DNA of 64,000 nucleotides from Eledone cirrhosa (Eukaryota): the NCBI GenBank assembly GCA_964016885.1, contig CAXHJY010000786.1, positions 1-64,000 of the forward strand, given 5' to 3'. The translations under genes and the position numbers were made by a program. Below are positions 40,378 through 55,571 of the stretch, piece after piece (the stretch's first letter is position 1; each line of letters opens with the position of its first letter). A model generated the notes under the pieces. It made no database searches. It was not told where the DNA came from and saw only the letters and a list, made by a program, of their open reading frames with translations.

Positions 40378-40766
40378 CTAAGGCGGGTAAAATTCCCGAG
40401 ATCCATGGACGAGTTCTCTCCAGCGGTCTCTGTCCCTCATTATCGCTGCCATATCCTGCATCTCCAACAGACCAGTGTCTGTCCTTAGGGCATCAACATA
40501 TGTTAACCTTGGTCTTCCTCTTCTAGTGTGTCCATGTAGGGGCTCCCAAAGGAGCACTGAGTGCAATGTCAACTCTGGATGTCGGTGAGCATGTCCAGCC
40601 AACCTCAGTCTCCTTTGTGTCACTTTTGAGCTGACTTTTGGGATGCTCCCATACAGCTCTGAGTTTTTCTTCCTCAGTGTATACTGATTAATGTTCAGAG
40701 CCATCCTCAGCATTCTCGTGTAGCACCCATCCACCATCTGAGTGAGTCTCTTGGTCAGTGTCCAAG
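40378..40766 (-). mobile_element. 5'-truncated RTE-clade LINE (C-terminal ORF open)
   Basis: WTLTK..DGCYTRMLRMALNI..RRLRLAGHAHRH..LLWEP..RRGRPRLTYVD..DRDRW; 3' end abuts (TA)n. Confidence 0.92.
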
Positions 40767-40838
40767 TCAACAGCGATATCTGTTTTCGTGAAACCTCTGG
40801 TAAATGGAATAATTGTCTTATGTTGTTTATTACATAAT

Positions 40839-40888
<50 letters not shown>

Positions 40889-41015
40889 AAGTTTATTTAA
40901 ATTGTTGGGTTACAACGAGTAAATATTTATAACTGATATAAAAGCACTCAACAAGTATTTGGAGTATATTTACGATATTAAATAAATGGAAACTATATTT
41001 ATAAAACCATATTTA

Positions 41016-41077
41016 TTTCATTATATATATTTCAGGGATATCATATTAAAAATATGGTATGCCTTCATCAGACAAAA
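41016..41077 (-). ncRNA. Hammerhead ribozyme (mirror copy)
   Basis: Reverse complement of 41214-41275. Confidence 0.7.
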
Positions 41078-41213
41078 TACAATATAAACAGTCTTATAAA
41101 TAGTTAGATTTGACATACCTTACAACTTCAACTTCCATTTAAAACTTTTTAAATGGAAGTTGAAGTTGTAAGGTATGTCAAATCTATCTATTTATAAGAC
41201 TGTTTATATTGTA

Positions 41214-41275
41214 TTTTGTCTGATGAAGGCATACCATATTTTTAATATGATATCCCTGAAATATATATAATGAAA
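41214..41275 (+). ncRNA. Hammerhead ribozyme, minimal stem III
   Basis: ttttgt-CTGATGA-agg..catatt/aatatg..cct-GAAAT-atat-ATA-atgaaa. Confidence 0.7.
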
Positions 41276-42799
41276 TAAATATGGTTTTATAAATATAGTT
41301 TCCATTTATTTAATATCGTATATATATATATATATTTAATTATGTAATAAACAACATAAGACAATTATTCCATTTACCAGAGGTTTCACGAAGACAGATA
41401 TCGCTGTTGAGCTCGTCTGTCTTCGCGAAACCTCTGGTAAATGAAATAATTGTTTTATGTTGTTTATTACATAATTAAATAGCTCTGTAGCTATTTAATA
41501 CATAGAGCACTCTCCTTTCCTTTACCCTTCCTAAGGAAATACTCATATATATATACATACAAGGGTGTATTGCCAATGGGTGTCGGAAATGACCACAGTT
41601 AAAGTTACTTAATATATCGGTAGAGTGAAAGCATCTCTAATATCTATAACACGTTTTTATTGCTAATGTAGTGAGATTTCTTTTCTTTTCTTATCACTCT
41701 ATCTATCTTACTATCTGGAAGATATCAATTGTCTTCGGATGTAGAAAACAAACGTTGCCAGATCTGGAGTGATATGCATGGCCAAGACTTGCCGCATATC
41801 ACGATGGAATTTCTGCTAATATAAACTCAGTTGAGAGTCTTAGACAAGACAAGATATCTGAAAGATATACAACTAAATAATTAGCCTCTACAACATTTCC
41901 TCACTTCATTTAAAGATTATTTTTCAGCTACTCGGCAAACAACAGAGTTAATATTGTACCATCAACATAATTGTTTTCTGTTTTGTTTTTGTGAAAGCTT
42001 TCAATGAACAATCTCTTCTAATATGTAGTTTAATTGGAATTATTATTGAGCTGTCTTCACCATATAATACAGCCATTATAACCACATTCTCATTCTAGAA
42101 TTTAACCTCTTGTATATAGCATAATTATAAAAAGGAGACACCAGTTATAGAACCACACACATTTAGAGACGACTTATAAAGTATTATGCTTTGATATTTC
42201 TGCTGTTGTTGCTGCTGTTCGACATCAACATGCCCTTTACCATCAATTAATTCTAATTTTTATCTTCACATTAGATTAAACTATTTGTGCATCCGTCATT
42301 GCTTCCGTCTCTAAATCAAAATTTCTCCAATTTCTATATCAATATATCCCGCAGTTTACTTCACTCTTTTGCACTTTATCTTAATATTGATTTCTAAATT
42401 CACGCACAATACCAGAAAATGTGTGGGAAGGGCAAAGTTGACAAAATCAACTGCTGTATTTGATTGGTACTTTATTTATCGACCCCGTTTATTCATGATT
42501 CAACGCAGATGCGAGATTCTTATATGAACTATTCAACTACCGATTCCACGTGCCACACAAATCTATATGGTCCCATCCCCTTTAGGTTATATTAAATATA
42601 GACACATTAGAAGGATTAAGTAATTGTGGCCTGATGATGTTCAACCTCTCAGTACTTGGAGAGTGGAGGGATGTAAACAATTAACTTTATTTAATTGAGA
42701 AACTGTATATCGTGTGGTGTTTTTTCCGGCTGGTTTAGATTTGTCCTGTTTATTTCTTGGGTAAGGTTGCTTAATGAAAAACTACACATATACACACAC

Positions 42800-42841
<42 letters not shown>

Positions 42842-43084
42842 GTATTATATTATTACTATATATATATATATTTATTATATTATTACTATATATATATATA
42901 ATATATATATATATTTATATATATAATTATAATTATTCCAAGTAAAGAAATGTTGGTTGATCAATTAATCATTCTGTAGTGTAAACAGCCGTAAGCACTC
43001 TACGTCATGGCTACCTTATCAGGCGGAGTGTCAATATTATAAAGAAAAGAGACGGTTTTATGTATACATATTTTTTTTGTTTTT

Positions 43085-43220
43085 GATATGCTAGCCATAG
43101 TTTGAAACACGATGCCCATATCCGTGGAGACTTCTGGTGTCCTTGGCCCTAGGACCACCTCCCTACACACCACCATCTATTCTGACCGGTGGTGCTTCGG
43201 GGCGGCCAGCGCATGGGTCC
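43085..43220 (+). mobile_element. Possible CRE/RLE-type non-LTR retrotransposon C-terminal remnant
   Basis: MPISVETSGVLGPRTTSL resembles the F.P.AVET.G..GP motif of restriction-like-endonuclease LINEs. Confidence 0.45.
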
Positions 43221-43286
43221 CATTTGCTTATAATAGTGAGATGAGAAAAGCGGGAGGGACAGAGGCAGTGAGGGAAAGAGAGAGAA

Positions 43287-43516
<230 letters not shown>

Positions 43517-44269
43517 ATGCACGTACAGACACACAGTCACAATATATATATATATATATATAGGAATATGTGTGTGTATGAGGAATATTTACCGGACACA
43601 GTGGAATATATAATAAAACGTATTTATTTATATTTTAAGCAAACGTTTGACCTTCTTTTTTATTCTCATCTTTCATTGATGTTGTTTGTTTATGTTTAAT
43701 AATATATTTTGTTATATCTTCTATAAAGACTTCAAAGAATCAAATTTCTTAATCTTTCTAGAAAGATCTCGTTAGCAAAATATGTAAACACACACACACA
43801 CACACTCACACACACACACACACACACACATATATAAATACAAAATAGTATAAAAATGAAATATGTAAGATATGTAATAAGATTTAGCATGTTAATAGGA
43901 TGTGGGGGGGGGGGGAAGGTGTGGAGGAGGTGAAGAGGAAAAAGAAGAGAAGGTAACGAAGAAGATGATGATGATAATGAGGAGAAGGAAGAAAAAGAAA
44001 AAGGCGAAGTAGAATAGAAAGAAGGGGAGGAGAAGAAAGAAGAGAAGATAGGAAGAAGAAAAAGTAAAGAAAGATGAGGGGGGGGGGGGGGGAGAAAAAG
44101 AAGGAAACGCTATAAATAGCAAGGAATAGGTGTTGATGATGTTAATGTTTATATGGTTGTTTGACATGTTAATGTAGACATAGTAACTTCGAAGGAGAAT
44201 ATCTCCCTTTTTGTTAGACTTTCCCATCTTTCTTCACCCCTCCACTTTGACAACTCAGCATCTATGCTC

Positions 44270-44453
44270 CTGATTGGCAGTATTGGTAGAGGGTCGGACG
44301 CCATGCTTTCCAGCATAGTTACGTCCCTTTACGGTCTGAGTTCAAATCCCGCCGAGGTTAACTTTGCCTTTCATCCTTACGGGGTCGATAAAATAAAGTA
44401 CCAGAAATACACTGGGTAATTGCTGGCCTTGTGCCAAATGTGGAAACAATTAT
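44270..44453 (+). mobile_element. SINE, short subtype
   Basis: Family match. Confidence 0.9.
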
Positions 44454-45198
44454 ATGGAGCACCTCCACCAAACTCTAATTCTGTTGCCGTTTCAACAGAA
44501 CGGATTATATTCTGGTTTCCTTGAACTCCGTTCTAAGCTTCTGCACGTGTCTGGAACCCATCATATGTTTTAAGCTTATGTTTGGCGACCTGATTATCTC
44601 TATTCAAAGTGAATAGAAAGGAGAATGCCAAAGGTTCGGGTCATCTGCTTTTGGTAGTTTTGAAATGCGACTTTTCTTTTCAGAGCTTATATATATTTTT
44701 TACCTCACTCTCCGATGACTGTCAAAAATAATTAAAATGTATATTCTGAAAATGTTAGAATGTCATAGCCGAAGAAAGAAAGGTTTATATATGTCTGCTG
44801 CACATGAAAACCTGAAGTTTAGCAACTGCCTAATCCTGTAACGTTTTAGAAGTATTTTCATATATTTTATATTTCCAATTATATCTCATATGTTTTCTAT
44901 GCCCCTGATTTCCAAGTATAAAAAATAGATGTGGTACCCAAATAAAAGGTTAATGTTTCATGTTGATTATCGTGACCAGGTAAAACAACTAAACACATAA
45001 GAAACTGTGGGTTTTCATGTATTTTCGTATTCCTCAGTTGACAACCAAATGGTAATAGCAACACTAGGCTTCAGCATCAACGTGGAATTGATGAATGGTT
45101 CACTTGCTAAGTCTAATTCCTCAGGCTCTCAATGAGTATATTATTGTATTTTGAAGTGAGGTGAAGAAATGAAGTACAATATAAGCGACACACAACAC

Positions 45199-45337
45199 AG
45201 TTACGGCCCTTTGTGATCTGAATTCAAATCCCGCCGAGGTTAACTTTGCCTTTCATCCTTACGTGGTCGATAAAATAAAGTACCAGTAATACACTGGGAT
45301 AATTGTTGGCCTTGTGCCAAAAGTAGAAACAATTATT
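45199..45337 (+). mobile_element. 5'-truncated SINE
   Basis: Family match; an older inverted copy follows at ~45395-45550. Confidence 0.85.
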
Positions 45338-46349
45338 TAATAGTGGAAAATATTAGGTTAAACTATTTGTAGTGGTGAAAGATGTGTCAATCTCGTAGGT
45401 TGAGGCACAAGGCCAAATATTTGAGGGGAGGAGACAGTCTATTAAATCTACCCGAGTGCCTCACTGGTATCTTTATCAAGCCACAAAGGTGAAAGGTAAA
45501 GCTACCCACGGTGGGATTTGAAGTGAGGACTTATGGGTACGTAACTATTGTATATGCAACAAAGAATGTTATCCGACTATATCGTCGATAGTGATTCTAG
45601 TGTTGAATAATTGATTCAGCAGCAGGCAATTGTGTTTCTGCATGTGAAGTTAGTCTTCAATTTATTCAGATGATTTACATTTTAATACCTTCTTTCACAT
45701 ATATTCATGTTGCCGCAGTCATTTCCCTATATATTATTTTTATTGAATGAATTTTTATACAAATGATTTATTTATTTAAGCTCTGGTGTTTTACCTAGGC
45801 TATACTTAACAATTAGGCGGCGAACTGGCAAACCCGATAAGAGGTCGAATAGAATACTTTGTGGTATTCGCTGTGATAGTGTACAATTTATATTATGCAT
45901 ATCTTTCTTGCTCATAGGTATAAGGTGGCTTAAGTGACCATAAGATAATTTAGCTACTTTCAATCACCTTAGTACCAGCTTGAACTAATGACAAAGTAAA
46001 AACTGAGTTATTTCTACTCACCTGAGTGAAACACAACATCTAGGTTTTTCTCAATAAAGAGAAACGTGTTCAATTTATAGATACATTTAGCTACTCTAAG
46101 AGTTTTATATCCAGTCAGACAAGCAAAAATCTTTCTAAGCTGAACTACAGCATTGTGTCAGAGTATAAGCCGTTTAGTAAATATTCTAAATTATAATTCT
46201 AAAGATTATATATATCTGAAGTAGTATCCAAAGCGAATATCATAATTCAAAGTTCCTTTCCAATTATAGAATTTAAATAAGCGAAAGACGTAGGTGAGAT
46301 ACAGACACACACACAAGGTTCTTCCTCTCACACACTCTTTCTTTATAAT

Positions 46350-46424
<75 letters not shown>

Positions 46425-46470
46425 GCGCGCGTGTTTGTGTGTTACTTGAGCGGTTGTACATATATATATA

Positions 46471-46646
46471 TTAGAAAGTGAACACCACAAAATATAACTA
46501 CTCCATTACGAAAGGGTTCTGGATCCCAGACAATAATAATATATGGAGTAGTTATATATTGTGTTGTTCACTTTCTAATTAAATAGCTCTGTTCTATACA
46601 TAGAACACTCTCTTTTCCTTTTCTTTTCCTTCGGAATTACCTAACA
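46471..46646 (+). mobile_element. Fold-back element family E (partial hammerhead)
   Basis: Arms 46471-46506 / 46543-46578; tail similar to 55665-55757. Confidence 0.75.
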
Positions 46647-46676
46647 CTAAAACACGCACACGCACACACACACACA

Positions 46677-46735
<59 letters not shown>

Positions 46736-48249
46736 TTTGACAGGTTAAGAGAGATAGGTATAGAGAGAAAGGAAATTTTGCTATTAAGTTTCAAGAAAAA
46801 GTGAAGTAGGTCTGATATTAAATCCGCAACACATTGTGTATATCAGTGGTTGACTTATTTCATTAGCTTTTTCAATTTAAAACCCTTTGAATAAATCTAA
46901 ATGACAAAACTTCTATTCCTTAAATTAAAATGTGACAAGAGTAATGTTTGTATTGATGGTTATAATTAGATTGTGTGACAATTGCATGTATATATATGTT
47001 TGTGTGTGTATATATGTTTGTGTGTGTATATATGCTTGTGTATTTATGTGTTTGTGTGTGCATGTGTATGCGTGTATATATGTTTATGTGTGTATATGCT
47101 TGTGTATTGATATGTGTTTGTGTGTATATATGTTTATGTATTTATATGTTTGTGTGTGCTTGTTTGTGTGTGCACGTCTATGTTTATATATATATGTTTG
47201 TGTGTGCATGTATGTCTATATATGTTTGTGTATATATCTATATATGTGTCTTTGTGTGTATATATGTTTGTGTATATATCTATATATGTGTCTTTGTGTG
47301 TATATTTGTTTATGTACATATATGTGTGCGTATGTGTGTGTGATATTTCAAAAGTCACGATAGGTTTAATTTTATATGTAATATATACTGTTGTGGTTGT
47401 CATTAATTTTCTCAAGTTTACAATTTCTTTATCTCCTCCAACTCTGTTCTCTTTTCTTCTGCCACTATCATATCTTTTTTTTTCTTTTTATACTGAATTC
47501 TAATTCTAATTCTCCGCCCCATAAAAATATTATACATCAGCTCTCAATACTTCTCTACTCCTGTAAAACAGCTTATTTCACGATAGTATGAAAGCAAGTT
47601 GCTGTGATTAGGGTTTTCAGCTCAGTATGAAAAGGCTGTGATTTCGCTTCATGATTGTACGCTTTTCCCTTGAGCATGGCACTGCAAATCTCGTTGTTCC
47701 AGTCTAATCACCTATCAAAATTGCGCTGTTCCTGCAACTTTAATGGGCCAGTTTTAACCTAAATCTCCCTGGGAACTACATTCTGTAGAATGCTCAGCCA
47801 CTTGCAGGTTAATTTCCCAGACAAACTGTTCCGTTGATTGAATACTCAGGATACAACCTATCACGTTAGCCTATTTTTTTTCCTTCTCTTTACACAACTG
47901 TTCACCTTCTTCCTTCGTATATCAAATTTTAATCAGATGTTTTGAATAAGTCGTAACTTGAAACCACAGACATCGATGTGTATCAGTTATATTTATTGCT
48001 TTTCTGTCTGTAGGTAGGTAGGTATATATGTATCTGTATATATGCATATATATATGGGTGTTATATTTATTAACAGTGTAATGTATATTTGAGTGTGTGA
48101 AGTGTAGAAAGGACGTAGTCTTCCGAGAATGGGAAGTGGTGGAAGCTTTAGGTACTTCGCAATCGTTTCGACTTTTCCCGTTGAAGATCGTAGTCACATT
48201 TAAGACTTGTGGCAGCTTACTGGTTTAATGTTTGTCAGGCCACATAGTT

Positions 48250-48612
48250 GATGGATCAGAGATGCATAATATTCTTGGATATTATTCATCGAGACCGTAT
48301 TACTAATGTAGATGTGCTGAAGAGAACTAAACAGGGGCTACTGACTGACAACATCACTAAAAGGCGCCTGAATCTAGCTGGACACATACTGCGCATGTCT
48401 GAGTACTAGAACCCCGCTGTGGCAATGAGATGAATCCCAGTTGGTGGGAAGCGGAAAAAAGTGGGACCCAAGAAAACCTGGCGCTCAGCTTTCAAAGAAG
48501 ATCTCCAGAGGATTGGGCGGGGAAACTACGCAAGGTGTCGTAGATGATCATATAAATTGGAGCGGACTCATTACCCAATATGATCCAAAACATAGGAGGA
48601 CCTAAGACTAAG
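48250..48612 (+). mobile_element. RTE-type LINE 3' end, decayed
   Basis: HRDRITNVDVLKRTKQ..ITKRRLNLAGHILRM..GGKRKK.GPKKTWR..FKEDL with stops; ends aggaggacctaagactaag. Confidence 0.85.
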
Positions 48613-49749
48613 AATATATTTGGATATGTTTACAACGATGGCTGAGGACAACTGCTGCAGTTTTATGGATAGGATTATAGGTCTAGGAGTAATAAAATCT
48701 ACATAAGGCTTGTCTTGATATTAACATAGAAGACAAAATACAGCTGCACCATGTGATAAGGGTACATGTTTAAATGTTTATACTTACATGTGGTAATATG
48801 AACTAGATGACGGAGGTACAAGCACGAGTACCACAGCGTGGTACAAAATAAACTAAATAGAATTTGCTTTTTAGGATCAAGTATATTTGGCACATCTGGG
48901 GGTAGTGATATTAATATTGTGTCTCCTGTCGACAGCTTATATAAGGAGTCGGTGGCTGCGCAAGATATATGTAGAATAAGGATTTAATATGTATGAATAC
49001 ATGCATAAATAAAGGATAATATATATGTATATATGCGTATATGCCTATCAACATATACATACATATATCTGTGTGTGTAAGTAATTCCATGAGTATGTAC
49101 AAACTAGAAAACATACACAGACACGCGCGCGCACACACACACGCACACGCACACGCACACGCACACGCACACGCACACGCACATGCACACGCCCACACAC
49201 ACACATATATATATATATTTAATATAGAAAGGCTTCTACAGGAATATATATATATATATATATATATGTACGCATGTGTTTGTGTGTATGTATATGCATA
49301 TGCAAGTATGCATGCATACATGCATATATATGCATGTATGCATGCATGTATTTCTAACACTAAAAAGGCAAACGTATCTGTCACACGTATGGTCAATTTT
49401 CTTCTTAACTATATCTGAAGTCTGTTACCCAGGGATAAAAAAAAAAAACAGCTACAAGAATCTTGATAAAAAAAAAACTACATTTGAAAATGCTCCAAAT
49501 TGCAATTGTATCTCTGTATACAACTGACAACATCACTGCTGGCTTGATGAAAAGTTATTTTAATGTATCGTGAGGATGGGTTAGGATTGCATCTCCGCCT
49601 GCTAATGTTACCAAATCCCAAGATGGAAGCTGGAACATTGTAACAATGACAGCATCACAAATAGGAAACCAGATCATTGAAAAAAAACAACCCTAGGAAG
49701 TGGATAGAGTGCATCATTGACAAGCTATTAAATTAAGGCTTTTGACCGT

Positions 49750-49750
49750 G

Positions 49751-49817
<67 letters not shown>

Positions 49818-50406
49818 ATATATTTATATATGTGTGTGTGTTTGTGTGCATATATTTATATATATACGTGTGTGTGTGTGTGTGTGTGTGTGAATATATT
49901 TATATATATACGTGTGTGTGTGTGTGTGTGAATATATTTAAATATATGTGTGTGTATGTGTGTGTGCATATATTTATATATGTGTGTGTGTGTGCATATA
50001 TTTATATATATGTGTGTGTATATGTGTGTGTGCATATATTTATATATATACGTGTGTGTATGTGCATATATTTATATATATATGTATATCTGTGTGTGTG
50101 CATATATTTATATATATGTATGTCTGTGTGTGTGCATATATTTATATATATATATGTATGTCTGTGTGTGTGTGCATATATTTATATATATATGTGTGTA
50201 TATATATTTGTGTGTGTGTGTGTAAACATGTCTCAGTGTGCTTGTGTATGTGTATCTATGGGTGTGTGAGTGTACGTATATGTGGTGATAGTGAAACCCC
50301 TTTGGGGCAGACGACATTAATTAGATGTTCTTCTATCAGGATTCTTTCTTAAAAAAATATCAATATCACTGCCAATATCGCCATTAATGTAACTAATCAT
50401 AGATGC

Positions 50407-50448
<42 letters not shown>

Positions 50449-50679
50449 ATATGTATGTATGTATGTGTGTGTTATGTTTACAATTATTTACGAATAACTA
50501 AATACGTACATGTGTATGTATTCATTTCTACATATTAGCATTATATCTATATATCTATATATCTATATATATATGTATATCTGTATATATGTATAGCTGT
50601 ATATATATATATATGTATATCTGTATATATGTATATATGTATATATGTATATATATACATATATATATATGTATATATG

Positions 50680-50710
<31 letters not shown>

Positions 50711-50854
50711 GTATATATATACATATATATATATGCATATATGTATATATATGTATATGTATATATATGCATATTTATATATATATATATGCATATTTAT
50801 ATATATATATATATGCATATATATATATATGCATATATATATATATATATATGC

Positions 50855-50889
<35 letters not shown>

Positions 50890-50890
50890 A
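49750..50890. repeat. (TG)n/(TA)n compound arrays
   Basis: Direct reading. Confidence 0.9.
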
Positions 50891-51074
50891 CACATACACA
50901 TACTCAGACGCACACACTCGCACACAGCCACCTAGTCACTCCCCTTAAACACACACATACATACACACAAACAAACAAACAGTACTCACATCTGATATAT
51001 CATCAAATTATTGCTTGTGTTGAGTTTTTTCTTTTGAAATCCATGTAAGACAACACCAAAACCCATTATCGATA

Positions 51075-51196
51075 AAATGATGATGATGATGATGGTGGTG
51101 GCAGTAGTAGTAGTAGTAGTGATGGTGGTGGTGGTGGCAGTAGTAGTAGTAGTAGTGTTGGTGGTGGTGGTAGTAGTAGTAGTAGTAGTGATGATG

Positions 51197-51232
<36 letters not shown>

Positions 51233-51292
51233 GTGTTGGTGGTGGTGGTAGTAGTAGTAGTGGTGGTGGTGGTGGTGGTAGTAGTGATGGTG

Positions 51293-51324
<32 letters not shown>

Positions 51325-51535
51325 GTTGGTGGTGGTGGTAGTAGTAGTAGTAGTGTTGGTGGTGGTGGTAGTAGTAGTAGTAGTAGTGATGATGATGGTG
51401 GTGGTAGTAGTAGTAATAGTAGTAGTAGTGATGATGGTGGTGGTAGTAGTGGTAGTAGTAATAGTGGTATTATTATTATTATTATTATTGGTAGTAGTAG
51501 TAGTGGTGGTAGTGGTAATGGTGGTAGTAGTAATA
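51075..51535. repeat. (GTA/GTG)n trinucleotide array
   Basis: Direct reading. Confidence 0.95.
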
Positions 51536-51560
51536 TTTGTTATTATAATAAGGATGACAA

Positions 51561-51702
51561 AGGGCGGTGGATTGGCAGTATCGGTAGAGGGTCGGACGCC
51601 ACGCTTTGCAACCTAGAGTTACTGCCCTTTATGATCTGAGATTAAATAACTCCGAGGTTAACTTTGCCTTTCATCGTTAATGGCTCGATAAAATAAAGTA
51701 CC
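51561..51702 (+). mobile_element. SINE, 3'-truncated
   Basis: Family match. Confidence 0.85.
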
Positions 51703-54700
51703 ATCCCGAAACAGATATAGCCACAATATACTTAGTCAGCACATGAGGTCGACCTGGTCTTATAAGTTAGAAAGGGAAATATTTTTTAAAATGTATTTTC
51801 CTTGATTCTTTCTGTATGTAGTCATGGTGTGCCTCACCTACATTCTGGTTTTTTCTCTAAAAAAAGACTCATAAACAGAATTTCTGTGGCGCCTACGATA
51901 CTTACAGGCTGTCACTAATGGAAGAAGTTGCGAGAATATTTCTATTTGTTAAATTCTACATACATGAGTTAGTAATGTTGGTAACCTTATTGGTAGAAAT
52001 ACTGAAACTGCTTGAGAAAATTTCATTTTGTTCATATTTAAACATAAAAAGATTAGTTGTGTATTTAAAGAAATATTTCTTTCATTTTTATACTTTTGTA
52101 TTTTAGTGAAAATCTTTCTTCATTTATTGTCATATTATTTTTTGATCGGGCGTACCTGTAAAAAAATGCCAACTCAGCTTGAATGTAGCCTGAACCATTC
52201 ACAACGTGGGAGTTGATAATGATGTTGGTAGTGGTGATAACAATAATCATGTAATAGATGATGATGATGATTGGTTATATTGGTAATGCCAGTCATGATA
52301 ACGATGCTAATGATAATTTACCTTGGCATGAACTTAACGATAATAATATCAATTGTAATAGTATTATTTGTTTTTACTTTCATCTTAGTAAATTCTATTT
52401 TTTTTCCTTCTTATATCCCTTCATATTTTTTATTGTAATTTTTGATGTTATTATTGTGGTTTCAAATAATCGTATTATCGCAAGAACGGAGCAGAGCAAC
52501 GAGGAAATTTCTGAAATCTGTCAGTAAATAAAAGACTATAGAAAAATAGAAAAAAAATACACACGTCAGAATTCAATGTGCAAAAAGAACGGGAAATGCT
52601 GAAATGAAGTAAAAAAAAATACACAATAGTCATTCTTCCGTTAGCGGTGTCTAAAAATGTATAAATACATTTTTGATACTACATGCATTAATGTATTAAA
52701 AGATGGATGTATAAGCATTTTCCCCCTCATCACATCGAACCAAGGGAACAATGTTTCCATTGAATTTTCCATTGGGTTTTCCATTATCTGGTGGTCGCAA
52801 TTCTTGGCAAAAGGACTAAAGTGAATAGAAGTATTTTGCTCCAGAACACAATGTGTTGAGTTGAACAAAGAAAACATTAGAGACATGAGGCTGAAATGTG
52901 TCTATGAACCTTCTTATAGCCATCATAATAATGCGGCTTTAACGGAGTCGTCTTGTATTGTTTGTGGACCTTTGGTGGCTCTCTTCCATCCAGCATTTGT
53001 TGCTTTTTTCTTTCCTTTTTCTGTGCTAAACCTTACTCTTCACACATATTGTGCAATCAGTATATCACCTATATTTTACCTATATGGGAGATGCAGTGTT
53101 TTCAATTAGAATAAATTCAGGTAATTTTCTTTATTTGCACTGCCAGCAAATAATATTGGAGGGAAAATTAGAAAGTGCAATTGGTTTTCCTCTAAAAGGA
53201 TAATTGTACGAAGGATTTCTTAAACAAAATTGTAATGTTAATTTATCAACCGAAGAAATACGCGTCCAATACATTTTTTTATATACCATTAAATAAGGTT
53301 AAACTAACCAGGTTTCCTGTTCTGTAAATGCTGATATACACGGTTATAATGTAATAAAGTATAACCAATATCTTAGCGGAATACCATCATTAATTTGATG
53401 TTTCAAGCGCTATTAACTAATATTTTCTTTGATTTTTTTTTTTTGTCAAATTTTATATTGTATTTATTAATCTAAAAAATGTGTCATAATTATATAATTA
53501 TTCTGTATTAGATTTAAGCCGTGGCTTAAATCAAAGCCATGCCTGCACATGTATCTTTCTCAAAACTATGTTTCCGAATATGTGCTATTTCGTCCAAAAT
53601 AAATTGCAATTTAGCATAATATCCTTCGGAATTATTTCCATATTACAGAAACAGGTATCTCTAACATCAAGCCTGTTGAATGAAGTTACTTCCTCCCACT
53701 TATACTGAATATAATCAATAACAGTTTTTATATTATTTATATTTTGTTTTCCTTGGAGAGGTCAATGGGGGAAACTGTATTACGCAGTGTAGCTTGAATA
53801 ATTAAGGGTGAAAAGGGTTATCGCAAATTGTGATTACTATGATTGTATCTTATTGTGTATGTTATGTTTGTTTCGGTTGAAAGTTTTCATTTTCTGGAAA
53901 TATGTCTTCTAGAAGGCATTATTTTCTAGAATAACCGGTTTTGTCCATTTTATATATTGGCTATTCAGTATATTATATTCCTTCGAATATCTTCTTGGGA
54001 AAAAAAAATGCGAAATAAATTAGTGTGTTGGACGTTCCTCTTAAAAAAGCTAATTTATATTCTTAAATCGTCCAATCCAACGAGCATTTGTATTAAATGT
54101 TCTGTTGGTTTGATTACCATTATTTTCACGGCTGTAAATATACTCAAAAGTTTTGCTTAACTCGTATGCTTTAGGAAGAGGAATAGTTTAGCTTAAGATC
54201 CATCATCCTTTCAGCCAGAGGATGCTCCATATCTATCAAAGCTATGTTTCTCTGTCTTGCATTTGTTCGCAAATCACAAACAGCTGAATCTAATTCATCT
54301 CTTTTTCTTTTCCTTTCGCTGAATGCTTTACCATAATTTGACCCGACGCCTCATGCATGTGAAGATCTCTGCCAATTTTCGAGTTGCTATCGTTAAGCGT
54401 ATAGCGTTCTATAACATCGAATTTCTTCTTCTAAGAAATAGAAACTATTTCCTATATTTTGTTTCTGAAGTAGAAGCATTTACGATAGGAGTATTTTTTC
54501 TTTTTTTTTTACCATATATATATATAAAGGCCGATGCTTAAACAAGGATTCCATTTCCAATGAACATTTACAAAGAAATGCCGACCTATTATCACACGAT
54601 GACAGCCCAAGGCAAAGTGATTGAAGAGACAACAAAACGCAAGGGATGCATATATTGTATATCGTGTGCATAAAGAAATGCACTCTCATACGCATGCACA

Positions 54701-55528
54701 TCTAAATCGTATTGAGAAGTGTCAATAAATATTGGTGGATTGGCAGAATTCTTAGGATGTCCGATAAAATACTATTGCAGTATTATATGATGAGCTCTAA
54801 TAAGCCTGAAGCTATCTGTGACTTCCATGTTTACGGGGTTGATAGAATGAAATAATGGTCAAGTATTAGATTGATTTAATCTTGGGAGGTGCCAAACTAG
54901 GAATTCACTAAGAAAACACGTATAATACTACTACTAATAACAATGAAATTATTGTGTACAGTGCTCAAGTGCACTACAACTCATCAAAGGTGTATGTATA
55001 GTACATAGAATAATATACAAATGTCAGGGAAGTATGAATTAGAATACTGTTTTCATCGAACATTTTGAAAATGGACTAATATTGGAGTATATGAATCCTC
55101 ATAATAATACACTATTTTTTGTAGTCGGTATACGGTAGAAATCTTCTAATTATATGTATGATATATATATATATAATTATATATATATATATACAAACGC
55201 ATGCGCAGAGAAGACAAACAAAAATAAATAAATAAACAGACTAAATAAAGATGGCGTAGGCATACAATACAACGGGAGGAAACATAATAGCACCACTGAC
55301 GATGTTGCAGATGTGCAACGAAAGAACTTTGATAGACTATATATATCTGTTTGTGTCTATATTGTATCTGTATTTTTGACCGTTGGTCAGTCAATGGTAA
55401 CATTGAGGACCGAATAAATTAAATTAACCGATATAAAAGATACAGAAGCGAAAACCAACCAAACAGTGAGTGTGTTCTGTTATTACTTCTGGCAATATTA
55501 CACAAATATGACCCTCCCCAAGTATAAA

Positions 55529-55569
<41 letters not shown>

Positions 55570-55571
<2 letters not shown>

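Larger units (their letters stand above)
40886..41320 (-). mobile_element. Fold-back hammerhead element family D (350-bp palindrome plus tail)
   Basis: Arms 40971-41144 / 41147-41320 with one visible mismatch; TA-flanked; tail 40886-40970. Confidence 0.88.
40767..41545. mobile_element. Three partial copies of a family-B-related hammerhead element (+ 40767-40843, - 41334-41410, + 41416-41545 with tail)
   Basis: Each carries GAAAC-ctctg-GTA-aatgRaataattg..ttatgttgtttattacataa, similar to 3478-3527; CUGAUGA half missing. Confidence 0.8.

Noticed and set aside
42631-42710. CTGATGA...GAAAC hammerhead candidate
   Set aside because: Stem I cannot be formed convincingly; at best a decayed relic
51077-51616. 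Poly-Val ORF
   Set aside because: (GTA/GTG)n repeat running into a SINE head
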